Shown here: positions 61,462-64,000 of the stretch, piece by piece
Layout of the letters: each line of letters begins with the position of its first letter
Numbering within the stretch: the first letter of the stretch is position 1
DNA from: Cellvibrio sp.
Lineage (GTDB): Bacteria > Pseudomonadota > Gammaproteobacteria > Pseudomonadales > Cellvibrionaceae
Direction of reading: 5' to 3'
DNA: 64,000 nucleotides
Assembly: GCA_035565295.1 (NCBI GenBank)
Contig: DATMSP010000028.1
Coordinates: 91,386 to 155,385, forward strand
The notes under the pieces: model-generated
What the model saw: the letters and a program-made list of their open reading frames with translations, nothing else
Told to the model about the DNA's origin: nothing
Database searches by the model: none
Made by a program: the position numbers and the translations under genes

Positions 61462-61500
61462 TCTCTTTTCCTAAATACCCTTGGGCATTGGCCAAATAGC

Positions 61501-61527
61501 ACTAACCCCGCAAAAAACGGGGTTAGT
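61501..61527. terminator. Terminator-like hairpin after gltD
   Basis: actaaccccg-caaaaaa-cggggttagt. Confidence 0.65.
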
Positions 61528-61561
61528 TAAGACTAAATCAAATTGTTTTACAACCAGCTGA

Positions 61562-62983
<1,422 letters not shown>

Positions 62984-63016
62984 TTATGCCTCTCTCTCAC
63001 TACACCAAGGGGTGGG

Positions 63017-64000
63017 TTATTCACCACGTTGTTTAAAGCTAACCAACAGTCCGCCTAAGCTTGCCGCCTTGGGTTTGACCAACCAGAATTTTCCGATGTA
63101 ATCATCGAAGTTGTCCAACAAGTGCTGGCCCCACGCACTTTCCGTTTCACGGGTGAACTCCTGGATCACACCGCGCAAATGATTGCGGTGAGCTTCCAGC
63201 GCTTCAGTGTTGATGCGGTGGATATCGACCAGCTCATGGTTATAGCGGTCGACAAAGTCATTGGCCTCATCGAGCACATAGGCAAAACCGCCGGTCATGC
63301 CCGCACCAAAATTCAAGCCCACCTGACCCAGCACAGTCACCACACCACCGGTCATATATTCACAGCAGTGATCGCCCGCACCCTCGACAACAACATGGGC
63401 ACCGGAGTTGCGCACACCGCAGCGCTCGCCGGCGATACCTGCAGCAAACAATTTACCGCCGGTTGCACCATAGAGACAGGTATTGCCCATAATACTGGAT
63501 TCGTTGGATTTGAAGCCGGAATTGCGCGGCGGCCTCAACACCAGCTTACCACCGGCCATACCCTTGCCCACGTAATCGTTGGCATCGCCTTCCAGGTACA
63601 TATCCAGACCACCGGCGTTCCACACACCAAAGCTCTGGCCACCGATACCGGTCAGCTTCAGGGTAATAGGCTTGTCGGCCATGCCCTGGTTGCCATAGCG
63701 CTTGGCAATTTCACCGCTGATGCGCGCACCTATGGAGCGGTCGCAGTTGGTGATGCTAAAGCTAAACTCGCCACCGTTTTTCGCTTCAATCGCGGGCAAT
63801 AATTCTTTTACCATGACTTCGGCAGTGTAACCCTTATCGAAGGGGTGGTTCTTATCCACGCAGCAGACTTGTGGCTTGGTTGCCAGGAAATCATCGGTGT
63901 GGATAATCGGACTCAGGTCCAGTTGCTGTTGCTTGCTGGTTTCACCTTCGAGCACTTTCAAGAGATCCACACGGCCAACCAGGTCGCCCAGAGTACGCAC
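63017..64000 (-). CDS. gltB: Glutamate synthase large subunit, C-terminal part (cut by the window edge)
   Basis: [35 protein letters not shown] domain. Confidence 0.97.
   Translation of the reverse strand: MRTLGDLVGRVDLLKVLEGETSKQQQLDLSPIIHTDDFLATKPQVCCVDKNHPFDKGYTAEVMVKELLPAIEAKNGGEFSFSITNCDRSIGARISGEIAKRYGNQGMADKPITLKLTGIGGQSFGVWNAGGLDMYLEGDANDYVGKGMAGGKLVLRPPRNSGFKSNESSIMGNTCLYGATGGKLFAAGIAGERCGVRNSGAHVVVEGAGDHCCEYMTGGVVTVLGQVGLNFGAGMTGGFAYVLDEANDFVDRYNHELVDIHRINTEALEAHRNHLRGVIQEFTRETESAWGQHLLDNFDDYIGKFWLVKPKAASLGGLLVSFKQRGE

Overview
Chromosomal window from a gammaproteobacterium. The gene order is Pseudomonas-like, and a Cellvibrionaceae-type host is inferred, not proven. The core blocks are tRNA-Leu-rnr-rlmB, sfsA/dksA-gluQ-cbrX-cbrA-cbrB-(CrcZ-like sRNA)-pcnB-folK-dNK-panB, mrcB-lpoP, hemA-prfA-prmC-moeB, TPR-lolB-ispE-tRNA-Gln-prs-rplY-pth...ychF, psd, terC, hemE and gltBD. 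Accessory material: (1) about 10 kb downstream of tRNA-Leu holding three Imm11/DUF1629-like immunity genes, an IS5-type MITE, GNATs, a TM2 protein, a DsbD/redoxin pair and a frameshifted gene relic. (2) A DUF1016/YhcG nuclease gene wedged between prmC and moeB and flanked by a 7-bp direct repeat. (3) A 9.5-kb insert between pth and ychF with a sigma54-type triuret/biuret catabolic operon (porin, TrtA-like, permease, BiuH, cupin, gamma-carbonic anhydrase), an LRR gene and a GntR regulator. The most interesting non-coding signals are an unannotated ~415-nt CrcZ-like sRNA with its full enhancer/IHF/sigma54 architecture, and small hairpin elements sharing a CATCC(A/C)TG loop motif, one inserted exactly into the loop of another. 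All family calls come from recognising motifs by eye; no searches were run. Several start codons were moved from the ORF track on RBS evidence.
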